A program made the position numbers and the translations under genes. The notes beneath the pieces were generated by a model. The model was given only the letters and a program-made list of their open reading frames with translations, had not been told where the DNA came from and searched no databases. A stretch of DNA of 64,000 nt from Sedimentisphaeraceae bacterium JB056 (GTDB taxonomy: Bacteria > Planctomycetota > Phycisphaerae > Sedimentisphaerales > Sedimentisphaeraceae): NCBI GenBank assembly GCA_044440125.1, contig JBITAJ010000021.1, positions 32,001-96,000 on the forward strand, given 5' to 3'. Positions 8,857-19,361 of the stretch are shown piece after piece; positions within the stretch are counted from its first letter, which is position 1; every line of letters begins with the position of its first letter.

Positions 8857-10140
8857 TTACTCTGAGGCTTTTTTGTATGCTTTTATCGCTGCATCGAAGT
8901 TCTCCGGCGGTATATTGGCCTGCACGTTATGAATGGCATTGAACACATACCCGTTGGCACGCTTCATAGTATTCACACGCTGCGAAACCTCGTCAAACAC
9001 CTGCTCGGGCGTTCCGAAAGGCAGGGTGTTCTGAGTGTCAACACCACCGCCCCAAAATACGAGTCGATCGCCGTATTTATCAACGAGCATCTCGGGATCC
9101 ATCCCTGTAGCCGAGCACTGAACCGGGTTGAGTACATCAAATCCAGCTTCTATTATGGCCTCAAGCAGCGGCTCTATCGCCCCGCAGGAGTGCATAAAGG
9201 TTTTCCAGGTCGTATTCTCGTGTACCCAGTCATTGAGGCACTTCTGATACGGCAGGAAAAGTTCGCGATAAGTCGCTTCAGACATCATCGGTGCGCTCTG
9301 GGTGCCGAAATCGGTGCCGCTCATGAATATCACATCAATCTCATTACCCACGGCCTCAAAGAGACGTTTGAGATTGGCCAGAGCATTTTCACACTGATAC
9401 TCAAAAACCTTCTTTATATAATCGGGGCGCAAAGCCAGCGACATATACCAATCCGAGATATCGCGTATCCCTCGCGGGTCTTTCAGGAAGGTGGCAGGAA
9501 CGAGCCCTATATCGCCAAAGGCGGCGCCGGGGAATGTCAGATACAATCCTTTGTCAGGATAATTTTCACGGGCACCTGCAACGACTTTGCCAAAATGGCT
9601 CAGCTCTTCATCTGAGAGCGGAACGAACTCTTCGCAATTATCGCGACAATCAAGCCCAGAGTCATCGGTAACAACTTTGCGGGGTACGGCATCAAAATAA
9701 TAACCGCCCGAGGGCATTACCGCAGAAGGCGGGCAGCTTTCATCGCCCTGGGGATACATAGGTATATTACCTGAGCCGTCCGCCTCGGTATTGAAATGAC
9801 CGGGAACCCATACCGGAGTTCCATCAAAAAGCGTAAACTCCTTGTAGTCTTCGTTGCGGCAGCCGAACATATTATACAGCGGCCCGACGCCGACGGCGTC
9901 AATGCCCAGGTGATCCCTGAGCTTATCGTCAACCTCGCCGAGCATCTGATAAGGCTCGATCACCTTTATACGTTCGCCCGGCTCCAGAAGCCCGTAATAC
10001 TGCTTGAGCTTGTAGACCGTCGAAGCCATTATGCCGGTTTGCCCACCGGCTCCAAAATCCATCGGAACCCTGTCGGGCCTGCGATGGTTCAAAACACACT
10101 GTAATCTTTCACGTGAATTCATATCATTTCCATTAAACAT
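8857..10140 (-). CDS. URO-D/CIMS-like (uroporphyrinogen decarboxylase family) protein
   Basis: MNSRERL...PDRVP, DFGTQ, FMHSCG, LNPVQ, FWGGGVDTQNTLPFGTPEQV, HNVQANIPPEN. Confidence 0.88.
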   Translation of the reverse strand: MFNGNDMNSRERLQCVLNHRRPDRVPMDFGAGGQTGIMASTVYKLKQYYGLLEPGERIKVIEPYQMLGEVDDKLRDHLGIDAVGVGPLYNMFGCRNEDYKEFTLFDGTPVWVPGHFNTEADGSGNIPMYPQGDESCPPSAVMPSGGYYFDAVPRKVVTDDSGLDCRDNCEEFVPLSDEELSHFGKVVAGARENYPDKGLYLTFPGAAFGDIGLVPATFLKDPRGIRDISDWYMSLALRPDYIKKVFEYQCENALANLKRLFEAVGNEIDVIFMSGTDFGTQSAPMMSEATYRELFLPYQKCLNDWVHENTTWKTFMHSCGAIEPLLEAIIEAGFDVLNPVQCSATGMDPEMLVDKYGDRLVFWGGGVDTQNTLPFGTPEQVFDEVSQRVNTMKRANGYVFNAIHNVQANIPPENFDAAIKAYKKASE

Positions 10141-10196
10141 TTAATTAAAACAAATACAACATATCATTTTAACGAGACTTGTTGTAACAATCTTAC

Positions 10197-10988
10197 TTAA
10201 GGTATCCTAACCTCACTATATTGCGTGCCTACCCGCACTTCATCAAAATATATAGTGCATGCCTGATTGGTACCGGCTCTATAGATGCCAAACTTCGTAT
10301 TTATCAGGTAGTCATCTTCTTCGCTATACCAACCAACAGTACCGGTATAATCAAGCTTGAACACATCATCTACCCAAAGCTTTACATAACCGTTGCCGTC
10401 AAGAGCGAATTTATGCTGGAAAAGAAATTTAACCCACTGCCCCCTCGGAAGCGGAGCGGTGTACACCTGTTCATAGCTGTCATCATCATTGCGTAAGACC
10501 ACCGAGTAATTTCCGTTTGGCATAAAATCAAGCGACATCGGCGGGCTGTTTGGCGAGAACTGATGCCACTGATACATCATTTGCCATGAAGTTGGATTAG
10601 ATACGCTTTCGGGAACAAAGATAGCGAATGCAGTATAAGAGTTAAAATTAAACGGTAAATTTGCCAAATGATTATACTCTGTCCGATCCTTGGCCGCGGT
10701 GCTTGATGTAACTTCAAACTTAACCGAATGTCCATTTGGATAATAAGTATGATCAGTAACCAAAGCCGGGATTTGCCCCGTTCCATCTCTCGAATTATCC
10801 AATGTGCGGTATACCCAGTTGTTATTGCGATCATAGCTGTATTCAGCCAACCTACCCGGATAAGCACTGCCTGAAGGGTAAATATAAGCATCCTCAAGAT
10901 CGAATACATCAAAATACGCAGGATGGTATATCCATGCCTGAACCGCACAACAACTAAGAAGTACAATAATCAAAATTTTTGCTTTCAT
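10197..10988 (-). CDS. Secreted jelly-roll polysaccharide lyase (heparin lyase I/Polysacc_lyase-like)
   Basis: Signal peptide; KDRTE, MYQWH...SPP, GQW, GYVKLWVD, KFGIYR, IYFDEVRVG. Confidence 0.75.
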   Translation of the reverse strand: MKAKILIIVLLSCCAVQAWIYHPAYFDVFDLEDAYIYPSGSAYPGRLAEYSYDRNNNWVYRTLDNSRDGTGQIPALVTDHTYYPNGHSVKFEVTSSTAAKDRTEYNHLANLPFNFNSYTAFAIFVPESVSNPTSWQMMYQWHQFSPNSPPMSLDFMPNGNYSVVLRNDDDSYEQVYTAPLPRGQWVKFLFQHKFALDGNGYVKLWVDDVFKLDYTGTVGWYSEEDDYLINTKFGIYRAGTNQACTIYFDEVRVGTQYSEVRIP

Positions 10989-11090
10989 TTCATAATCCTT
11001 TCACATAAAATTTTTGCGAACGTATGCTGTGAACATTGTTGCTGACAACAAGCCCCGTTAAATTTATTGAATGTAACAACCAACTCTGGT

Positions 11091-13229
11091 TTATTTTTTG
11101 TGTTTATAGACCACTTTAGGTCTGCCGTGTTTTATTGGGATGACTGCTCGCAGATCATCTTCTTTGGAGCTGTATCTCAAGTTTACAACATTTTTAGTGG
11201 TATCAACATTAAAATCGGATGAATTTTCAAAATAGTCTTTGACACCATAGTGTGGTACCAAAAGCCACACGAATGTTGAACTCACGTCTATTTTAGCCTT
11301 ATAAATGGCAACATCACCTTGAACCTTTTCGCTGAACTTTTCACTGTACCAACCTTGAACAGGCGGCTGTTCCTTGCCTTTAATTTTAGTAAGACCAAAC
11401 CTATAGTCGGATGCAGGCATAATAAGCAGATTGCCCTCTTCAGCGTCATTGGTAAAGGCGAGCTGATCTTGCAAGCTAACCGTACAATCTGGATGGAAAT
11501 GCCACAAGAATCCTATCTCTCTGGGCATATCAGTATCTATGGTATCAACAACTATCCAACCAAATTCAGGTACATAAATAAGGTTTCTTGTGTGTGATGC
11601 ACTACCCTTCACTTTACCGGAATCCTTATCTTTGAGACCGTTAAAACCGTCATCATAAGTGCCGCGAGCAAATGAGAATTTCTCACCCAGATAATAATCG
11701 TCCGTATCGATCGGTGAAAGGATCTCTTTATCGCGTTTTGACTGTCCTACACCGTCAATCAGTACAACATTATGAGAATCGGAGCTTGTAAAATAATTAC
11801 GCCATTTATCAGAAAGGTCGTGGTAGCCGTTATAGGTGTATCTGCCGGGATCGACAAGTATATCTCTGCCACCAACAGAAACCGACAGATGCAGTTTGTC
11901 GTTGTGCTGATGACCAATACCCCACGGGCCTATATCAAAGAACGACCAGTCACTGTCTTCGGCATAGCCGTTTCTAAAGATCACTTCTCCTGAATAATCA
12001 AACACCGTTCCAAAACCGGGCCTACTCCATTTACCCTTTTCGCCAAACGTTGATATGTATAAAAGTTCATAGGTCTTGTATTTTTCGGCTGCCTTGCGAA
12101 TAAGAGGAGCTACGTAATCATTGTCTGAATCATTGCAAACCGGGGCATAGCCGCTGTTGCGTGAAGATATAGCCAGATATTCGTACATCTTCTGAATCTT
12201 TGCGGCAAATTCCGGTGGCAACTCACGTCCGCTTCGCTCAAATATATCCTCTATCTCCACATAACCGTTGAGCACTCCCCTATGATAACTGGCACTAAGC
12301 TCCTTCTGCACTCCGTCAGGATAAACTTGCATCTGCAGCTCTTTACTCAACTGCCCCACCGAATACGTAAGCCACTCCTGCGATGTCGTAAACTCCTGGA
12401 AACAGACAGCAGCCTTAACCAACGCCTTCATCTCCCCTACTTTCCAGTTGCCGTCATCTCTGTGATGCCATCTTACATAGTTGCAGTGTTCAAACAGCGA
12501 AACCAGCATCATAGCCCTTGTTTCATCCTCAAAGTATTCAATATTCTGCATACCGTAAAAAAGTTTGAGCCATGTACCGACTCTTATGGCGGCATTGAGT
12601 GTGTACCACTTCGGCAGCTTTGAGACTACGGTATCTTCATTGATCTCGTGCCATGTTTCGGGCGCAGCTATTGCCCAGCTAACCTTATCCGGCTGCAAGT
12701 TTTTCATCGGAGATTTAGCCTGTAAAATAAAATCGCAAAGATGAGAATTGAGCGTATCTATATAAACTTCGTTTGACGTAGAGCTGTAAACGGCCAACAA
12801 ATCGAGCATATACAAATGCCTGCTCAAAAGCCCGGGCCATTGCTCATTACCGGTTTCAGCAAGACCGTCCCAATCAATAAGACCATCGCTGTTGCGAATA
12901 AATTCGCCATCAATCCCCATGATACTCAGCATGCCCATCAATACCGTATCAGCGGTTTCTATAGCTATAGGCGTAGCCTGCGGATAATCGAAATAAGAGG
13001 TTCTGTCAACACCTTTGTAGTAATTGACTATATCGAGCAAAGCAGTTCGATAGCTACCTTCACTAAATGCCTTCTTAGCGGCGGGCAGCTTCATTGAATC
13101 ATAATCTATGTGTGAAAGACACAGTTTCACCAAACCCTGTCTGCTGCTTATATAATCGTCAAGAGAATCGGCATTAAGAACCGCAGACAAGGAAATAAGA
13201 ACGATCAGTAATAAACTATTAAGCCTCAT
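11091..13229 (-). CDS. Secreted heparinase II/III-family lyase (PL12-like)
   Basis: Signal peptide; NW..GE, YPDGVQKELSASYH, GHQHNDKL, ILVDPGRYTY, SHNVVLIDG. ATG at 13229 follows AGGAG. Confidence 0.88.
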   Translation of the reverse strand: MRLNSLLLIVLISLSAVLNADSLDDYISSRQGLVKLCLSHIDYDSMKLPAAKKAFSEGSYRTALLDIVNYYKGVDRTSYFDYPQATPIAIETADTVLMGMLSIMGIDGEFIRNSDGLIDWDGLAETGNEQWPGLLSRHLYMLDLLAVYSSTSNEVYIDTLNSHLCDFILQAKSPMKNLQPDKVSWAIAAPETWHEINEDTVVSKLPKWYTLNAAIRVGTWLKLFYGMQNIEYFEDETRAMMLVSLFEHCNYVRWHHRDDGNWKVGEMKALVKAAVCFQEFTTSQEWLTYSVGQLSKELQMQVYPDGVQKELSASYHRGVLNGYVEIEDIFERSGRELPPEFAAKIQKMYEYLAISSRNSGYAPVCNDSDNDYVAPLIRKAAEKYKTYELLYISTFGEKGKWSRPGFGTVFDYSGEVIFRNGYAEDSDWSFFDIGPWGIGHQHNDKLHLSVSVGGRDILVDPGRYTYNGYHDLSDKWRNYFTSSDSHNVVLIDGVGQSKRDKEILSPIDTDDYYLGEKFSFARGTYDDGFNGLKDKDSGKVKGSASHTRNLIYVPEFGWIVVDTIDTDMPREIGFLWHFHPDCTVSLQDQLAFTNDAEEGNLLIMPASDYRFGLTKIKGKEQPPVQGWYSEKFSEKVQGDVAIYKAKIDVSSTFVWLLVPHYGVKDYFENSSDFNVDTTKNVVNLRYSSKEDDLRAVIPIKHGRPKVVYKHKK

Positions 13230-13243
13230 AATACTCCTGATTT

Positions 13244-14431
13244 TCAATATGCTGAATTTGCCAGTGCCGTTGAAGCATAGACTTCGAGATTTTCAAACGG
13301 CGTGCCGTATTCAAGGAAATCTGCCGACTGCAATATGAATTTGCCGCCCTGTTTTCCGGTCAGCATCGTTTGCTTTGTAACCTTTTTCACAAGCTCGGTA
13401 TCGCCGTTTTGAAGAACGTTCACCTGATCGACACCGCCGATCATAACGTAATCACCGTTTACGATCTCAACGGCCCTGGCAAGGTCGGCATCGCCAAGCG
13501 GAGGCGGCGAAAACGGTTCTACCACCCTGACGCCAAGCTCCTTGTACGACTCAACGAGATTCATTATCTCGCCGCAGTTATGATATATCGCAGGCGTGCC
13601 ATTCTTCTGCACGAACCGGATATAATCCCTCTCATAGGGCAAGATATATTCGTCATAGATACGTTTGCCGAGAAAGCCTCCGGGCACATTTCCGCCCACA
13701 CAATGAACATCCACACCGGCAGCATCTATGGCGGCAGTATAATCTTTGATCCTCGCGGAGGCGAATTTCATAAGCTTGTCGTAATATCCCGGGTCGGTAA
13801 GGAATAGGCTGTATATCTCCTGGTGGTCGATAAGTATCGAGGCGTTATTGAACGGGCCGTGAGGCGTCCATGAACCTACTATGCCGTCATCCCCGACGTA
13901 ATCCTTGAGCTTCTGAACCTTTAGTTTCGCTTTCTGCGGCCAGTCGGCAGGCATCGGCGGCTCGTAGGCCATCGCCAGCTCGAGGTCGTTTTCATTCTTT
14001 ATCGGCTTTTCCGTGCATGCATACAGGAATGTTCCCGGACGTATTTCATTTGTCGACATCTCCTGCGTGAGTACACCGTCGGGAGTAGTGATGCGTGAAT
14101 ATTCTTTTTTAGTATTGCCGTTCTTCGATAAGGTTGTCTCAACCTGCCAGTTGTCATTCTGCAGCGAAACGTTCAAGCCGCCCATGTGGATGGAAAGGGG
14201 ATCGTTGAGGCCGAACAACTGCCTGATGAACACATCCAGACCAAGACTCCGCTGATAATCGACCACCCTGAACTGAAGCTGCTCGTAATCGAAAGGATCG
14301 ATATCAGGATGAAGCTGGCTTATAAAATGACCCTGGTCGGCAATGAACAGTGTTACAGGTACGCGGTCGGTATTCTGACCGTTCAAAGTTTTAAGAAGTC
14401 TTTCTCTCGAAGTCATCAGATCTCCTGTCAA
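13244..14431 (-). CDS. URO-D/CIMS-like protein
   Basis: MTSRERLL...DRVPV, YHNCG, EPFSPPPLGD, IGGVDQV..L, GGKFIL, TPFENL. Confidence 0.87.
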   Translation of the reverse strand: MTGDLMTSRERLLKTLNGQNTDRVPVTLFIADQGHFISQLHPDIDPFDYEQLQFRVVDYQRSLGLDVFIRQLFGLNDPLSIHMGGLNVSLQNDNWQVETTLSKNGNTKKEYSRITTPDGVLTQEMSTNEIRPGTFLYACTEKPIKNENDLELAMAYEPPMPADWPQKAKLKVQKLKDYVGDDGIVGSWTPHGPFNNASILIDHQEIYSLFLTDPGYYDKLMKFASARIKDYTAAIDAAGVDVHCVGGNVPGGFLGKRIYDEYILPYERDYIRFVQKNGTPAIYHNCGEIMNLVESYKELGVRVVEPFSPPPLGDADLARAVEIVNGDYVMIGGVDQVNVLQNGDTELVKKVTKQTMLTGKQGGKFILQSADFLEYGTPFENLEVYASTALANSAY

Positions 14432-14445
14432 ATCATAATATCATA

Positions 14446-17418
14446 TCAAAAGTTGCAATCGGAAGGATCGAGAAGCCCGCAGTCAAGCCACTGATCTGTA
14501 AGCGAAGAAAGATCACTCAAAGACGGCACTGCAAGCCAGCTCTCGGCAAGAATGCCGAAATCATCTATCGTTATCTGACAGTCGCCGCTGAGATCCTGCC
14601 CAGGTCTGTCGGAACAGAATCTGCTTTGAGTTTCATCAAAAATATCCCCAATCTGGTATTCGCTCAGCACCTCATTGTATATCCGGATGTCATCGATGAG
14701 TCCGTTGTATATAATGGCACCCGAGCTGTAGCTGTCGGCTATCGCTCCTATTGCTCCGCGAAGAGAGCTTTCGATCGATACCGGCGAACTCTGCGTAAGT
14801 GAATTGTCAAGTACGCCGTCAATATACATCGCCACATAACCGCTCGCAAAATTGTAGGTTGCAACGATGTGGTGCCATTGGCCGTCGCAAATGCCCGTAT
14901 TGCCGGTAAGGGCAAAACTGCCGGTCGAATTGCTCAGGCTGAAAACGGGCTTGCCGCTCTGAATTATCATCCGCCATTCGTAACGTCTTCCGATAAGCTG
15001 GGCGTACGATGCATCGGAAGTATTTACCCACATGGTCAGGCTCATCTGGCCCGAGAGAGCGGGCTTTGACCAAGCGGAAGGGTAACCGACATGGAGCCAT
15101 TTACTGCCTCCCAGATCACAGAAGCAACTGTTCGTAGGGAAAGCGGCTTGGGCGGCATCGGGGCAGGTGGAAGCCGCACCGTTTCTTGACGAAGCGTCTC
15201 CGCCGTCCTCTATGCTGTTGAATAAACCGCCCTGAAACTCATAATGCGAGACCAGGCTCGGTACGAGCTTTGCATTTACCGGACCGTCTGCAGGGTCGAG
15301 CTCGATATATATAACGCCGCTGTCTGGCTCCACCTGCTCATAGGATACGGGCAGAGTGTTTTGCGAAACCAGCCACAGCCCTTCCCGCAGATCGGTAAGA
15401 AGCAATTTAACCGGAGAGCTGCCGGGCAGATAAAAATCTATCTCTTCAAGCGGCCCATCATCCTTTGCGAACATCACAACAGTATCTTCGATAGCCGCTC
15501 CGGCAGCAGCGCCATCAATATCATTGACCAGCATTACCGGGGGCACAGCCGTTACGGAACTGTCCATTACAGCCATAACGTTGAGGAAGAAATCTTCATT
15601 GCTTTGCGCCAAAGGAGATATTTCAACTCTCCACGCTGCGGGCTCATCATCCTCGTACGGCGTAACATCGAAATTGCGGGCAACGCTCTCGATCCAGAAT
15701 TCGTAGCCGCTGCCACCGATCTTAGTGATATCCGCAGATGCCGGCAGCAGACAACGGGCCACAAGCTTGCCGTCATAATCACCGGCCGTATTTGTTACAG
15801 TATATTGATCGCCGTTTATCTGAGGCTCGTAATGCGAATGCAGGAGCCAGGTCTTTTTGAAAGACGGATCAGAGGATACTACCTTGTCAAAGACTATCAT
15901 CGCAGCAGGAAAATCCTGTCCGCCAAGTTTCAAAGCAACCATCGAGCGTTTGACCTTGCTTACCTTATCGGTGTAGGCTTCCGTAATATCACCGCTGATA
16001 TAGCTATAGAGCGGGACTTTCTGATCAGGGCCGACCGCGTGTTTGAGCCCTTCGGCAAGCTCATAGTTGTTCAGGTTTTCGGGCGAAGGATAGTAGCCGC
16101 TGTTGGGCATGCGCTGGCCGCCATCATTGACCGACCTGTAGGTGGGGTCGACCATTTCTTCGTCGGGGTCAAATATCAAAAGACCGTTATGAGAGATCGT
16201 CTGGTGATAATAATCCTTCCAGTGATCGGAACCGGCGGCAGTATCAGTGCTCTGATAAACACCGCTTGTAGTTGCCAGCGGGCCCTTGTGATATATCTGG
16301 AAGGTTCCCATGTCCCGGTGCTGATGTCCGTGAAAATATATTCCGCCTATTCGCATATAGAAAAGAGAATCATCGGAGATTACTGATGTGTCCCAGCCGG
16401 TGCGGGCGGTCATTTCACCCATGGGATAATTATAGAACTTGGTCAAAGGCAGCGTATCGATACTTTGGGTGCTGATTCCGGCAGGACGGAATATCATCTG
16501 CAAGGATTCCAAAAAGCCGTCAAAATACGAATTCCACTGGTCGCTGAGTCCCAGCAGGTACGGATCGGAATAGTAAGTTCCCGTAAGCATCAATATTAAA
16601 CGCTTGTCGCCGTAAAGGCCGGTAAGGTCGAAGGTGTCGCTGCGGCGTATCTGCCTGCCGTCGGGTCGTCTGTTGTAGATGATCGAATACGGAACATACT
16701 GCGCGTCTCCATCGTAAACATCGATATCAGCCATCCTTCTGAACATCCATGCGGCAAACATATCATAAACGTACCTGTTTATATAGGAATCACCTTGATG
16801 ATAGCTGTGAGAATCGAAAACGATGTCTCTTACCAGGACGAACTTTTCCATAAAAAGCTCAGCGGCGGCATTATACATCGTCGGATCTTCATTATAGATG
16901 GCAATGCCCACGGGCAGATGGCCGGTAAGTACCTCGCCTTCGGTCGTACCGGCGGATACGGAATTAGTGCTCATGCTCGCAGGATAGCCGCTTCTGGAAA
17001 GAGCGAGTATTCTTCTGAAATTATCGACAAATATCTGCTTTTCATTTGCCGTAAGCAACGGATAACACCAGTCGTAAACAATAGCACTGTAGTGAATGGT
17101 GTGATACCATCTCGAATAATCATTGGAGCTTTGTATATCGGCAAGGCACTGATCAATGGCCCATCTTCCCTTTAACACATTGCCATCCACAAGATAGACC
17201 AGTGCCGCCGGTACCGGATGCTTCGTAGAAAAGTAGCTCTGTATCGAGCTCCACTTTGCCGCAAATTCAGGCTGGGTCACCTTAACCTTCAACTCATTGA
17301 CATCCGAAGCGTCAAGATATAGTCTTGGATGAGCTGCCGGAACCGCCGGAACTTCAGCAGAAGCTAAGACCGGCGATAACCAGGCGACCAATAAGAGCGT
17401 ATATATTATTTTTTTCAT
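14446..17418 (-). CDS. Secreted heparinase II-like lyase (PL21-like) with C-terminal LamG and dockerin-like domains
   Basis: Signal peptide; HPRLY, YHQGDSY, ARTGWD, GHQHRDMGTFQIYHKGPLA, HNGLLIFDP, NDGGQR as in heparinase II. LamG DGQWHHI..YIDG..IDDIRIYN; tail DLSGDCQITIDDF..LAESWL. Confidence 0.88.
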   Translation of the reverse strand: MKKIIYTLLLVAWLSPVLASAEVPAVPAAHPRLYLDASDVNELKVKVTQPEFAAKWSSIQSYFSTKHPVPAALVYLVDGNVLKGRWAIDQCLADIQSSNDYSRWYHTIHYSAIVYDWCYPLLTANEKQIFVDNFRRILALSRSGYPASMSTNSVSAGTTEGEVLTGHLPVGIAIYNEDPTMYNAAAELFMEKFVLVRDIVFDSHSYHQGDSYINRYVYDMFAAWMFRRMADIDVYDGDAQYVPYSIIYNRRPDGRQIRRSDTFDLTGLYGDKRLILMLTGTYYSDPYLLGLSDQWNSYFDGFLESLQMIFRPAGISTQSIDTLPLTKFYNYPMGEMTARTGWDTSVISDDSLFYMRIGGIYFHGHQHRDMGTFQIYHKGPLATTSGVYQSTDTAAGSDHWKDYYHQTISHNGLLIFDPDEEMVDPTYRSVNDGGQRMPNSGYYPSPENLNNYELAEGLKHAVGPDQKVPLYSYISGDITEAYTDKVSKVKRSMVALKLGGQDFPAAMIVFDKVVSSDPSFKKTWLLHSHYEPQINGDQYTVTNTAGDYDGKLVARCLLPASADITKIGGSGYEFWIESVARNFDVTPYEDDEPAAWRVEISPLAQSNEDFFLNVMAVMDSSVTAVPPVMLVNDIDGAAAGAAIEDTVVMFAKDDGPLEEIDFYLPGSSPVKLLLTDLREGLWLVSQNTLPVSYEQVEPDSGVIYIELDPADGPVNAKLVPSLVSHYEFQGGLFNSIEDGGDASSRNGAASTCPDAAQAAFPTNSCFCDLGGSKWLHVGYPSAWSKPALSGQMSLTMWVNTSDASYAQLIGRRYEWRMIIQSGKPVFSLSNSTGSFALTGNTGICDGQWHHIVATYNFASGYVAMYIDGVLDNSLTQSSPVSIESSLRGAIGAIADSYSSGAIIYNGLIDDIRIYNEVLSEYQIGDIFDETQSRFCSDRPGQDLSGDCQITIDDFGILAESWLAVPSLSDLSSLTDQWLDCGLLDPSDCNF

Positions 17419-17425
17419 TTTTATC

Positions 17426-19234
17426 TCATTTATTATATTGCTGCCTTACCACTTTGAAAGGCGATAATTTTGGACTCACCAACCATTTTACGATCAATCC
17501 GGCCGCGAAAAAAATCACGGCCATAAGCAAATTTATCCTGCCGGGGTCTTCGGTTATACCGGCGAAGTGAATTACCAGCAAAATGACGGCGTAGAATATC
17601 ACCGACCACGCTACGTAATGGTACATCTTCAGATCCGGTATAAATACCTCTCCGGTGCCGTCTTCACTGACGGGCCTGTTGAGCTTGGCAAAGAAATCTT
17701 CTTCCATATCACTTTGCTGCGGTTTACGGCAATACAGAATATAACTTACAAGATAAACTGCTATGCTGATCAAGACAGCGGCAAATATTTTATACGTGAA
17801 CAATTGCTGGGATGTCACCTGCCAGCCCGTAAATATCTTAGGCATGCAAAATCCAATGAAAAAGGTAGCTACAAAGCAAAGAGAGCTTGAAATTATAGCA
17901 GTTGAACGATGCACATTCTTTACGAAAAGCCCTGCCAGTAAGGGAAGAGCCACGGCCGTCTGAACATAACTCGCTATTGAGAAAGTGGTCTCAAATGCAC
18001 CGCTGCCCTTACTTAGAACAATCGCTATCATTATCGAAAAACATCCCAGCAGTATAGTAATAAATTTACCCGCCTGCATTGTCTGTTTTGGGCTTGCATC
18101 GGCCGCAAAGAGAGGCTTGTATATATTCTCGGTTACTATCGAGGATAGAAAATTATACACCGTACTCATAGACGACATCGAGGCTGCCAGTATCGCCGAT
18201 AGCGTAAGCCCTATTACGCCATTTGGAAGCAGCGAGAGTGAAATCGTAACATAAGACGCCTCTGCTGGATTATTTAGATGCGGCCACAACTCTGCCATAT
18301 CCGGGAGGTGCTTTCTCAAAAGAATGACCGGTCCAATCCATATCATAGGCACGATAAGAAACGAAACAGCGGCCAGCAGTGTAAGCTTTTTCGCATCCTT
18401 CTCATTGGGAACCGAGAAACAACGCTGCATCGTACCGTACTCGGTAGGATAAACTATCATCATAAGTACAAACCACGCAACTGTGAAATATAGCGGCTGG
18501 GTTTGTTTTGTCAGTTTGAAATAATCAGGTGTGGGAGGATTCGACACATAATCATTGACAGCCTGAGTAAAACCGCTTTCTGCCGAGAACAATCTGAAAC
18601 TTAAAAACAATATTAAAAGTGAAACAAGCATAACTATCAGGAACTGAACCGTATCGGTTATTATAACCGCCCACAGCCCGCCCGAAGAGGTATAAAGCGT
18701 TATGACGATACCGGTAATTATTATGCACAGCTCGATGCTGCCGATATTTAAGCCCAGCAGACTGTAGCTCTCCTGAAGCCTTAGAGCCGATGACAGGAAG
18801 ATGCACAATATATACAGGCAGTTTCCAAGCATCAGTATGAATATAGGTATCTGTATGAAAGTATAAAATTTCTGAGTTGTTTTTCCGTATCTCTGGCCGA
18901 TATATTCGATAGGACTCGTTATTCGCGTTCGCCTCCATTTGTGGGCGAAGAAAAATGCAACCAGAAGCAGTACCGGAGCGCCCGCCGAATACAGAAGCAG
19001 ACAGGATATTCCGTTACTGTAGGCCTGTCCGCTGGCGGCCACGAACATATAGGCACTGAGCTGACCGATGAACAGCGATATGCCTGCCATTACCCACGGT
19101 ATCTTGTTGCCGCCTTTGAAATAATCCTCGTCGTTCTTGTTGCTTCGACTCAGCAGAAAACCTACCGCAACCATAGAAAGCAGGTACAAAACCACGATCA
19201 CATAATCAACAGTATTTACCGATTTTATTAGCAT
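17426..19234 (-). CDS. Sodium:solute symporter (SSS family)
   Basis: DYFKGGNKIPW, GGLWAVIITD.VQ, QRCFSV, ILAASMSS; many TM segments. Confidence 0.92.
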   Translation of the reverse strand: MLIKSVNTVDYVIVVLYLLSMVAVGFLLSRSNKNDEDYFKGGNKIPWVMAGISLFIGQLSAYMFVAASGQAYSNGISCLLLYSAGAPVLLLVAFFFAHKWRRTRITSPIEYIGQRYGKTTQKFYTFIQIPIFILMLGNCLYILCIFLSSALRLQESYSLLGLNIGSIELCIIITGIVITLYTSSGGLWAVIITDTVQFLIVMLVSLLILFLSFRLFSAESGFTQAVNDYVSNPPTPDYFKLTKQTQPLYFTVAWFVLMMIVYPTEYGTMQRCFSVPNEKDAKKLTLLAAVSFLIVPMIWIGPVILLRKHLPDMAELWPHLNNPAEASYVTISLSLLPNGVIGLTLSAILAASMSSMSTVYNFLSSIVTENIYKPLFAADASPKQTMQAGKFITILLGCFSIMIAIVLSKGSGAFETTFSIASYVQTAVALPLLAGLFVKNVHRSTAIISSSLCFVATFFIGFCMPKIFTGWQVTSQQLFTYKIFAAVLISIAVYLVSYILYCRKPQQSDMEEDFFAKLNRPVSEDGTGEVFIPDLKMYHYVAWSVIFYAVILLVIHFAGITEDPGRINLLMAVIFFAAGLIVKWLVSPKLSPFKVVRQQYNK

Positions 19235-19361
19235 GTAAACTTTCTATTCCTTATTCAAATTCACAAAATACGATTATCAATCAGATATCTCCAGACTCCA
19301 AAGCTTGAAACAAAAGAGATAAGATTTCTTCATATCGTAAATGCAGTAACCATGTCAATGA

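Noticed and set aside
15244..16386. 380-aa plus-strand ORF
   Set aside because: Antisense shadow of the PL21-like lyase; no motifs
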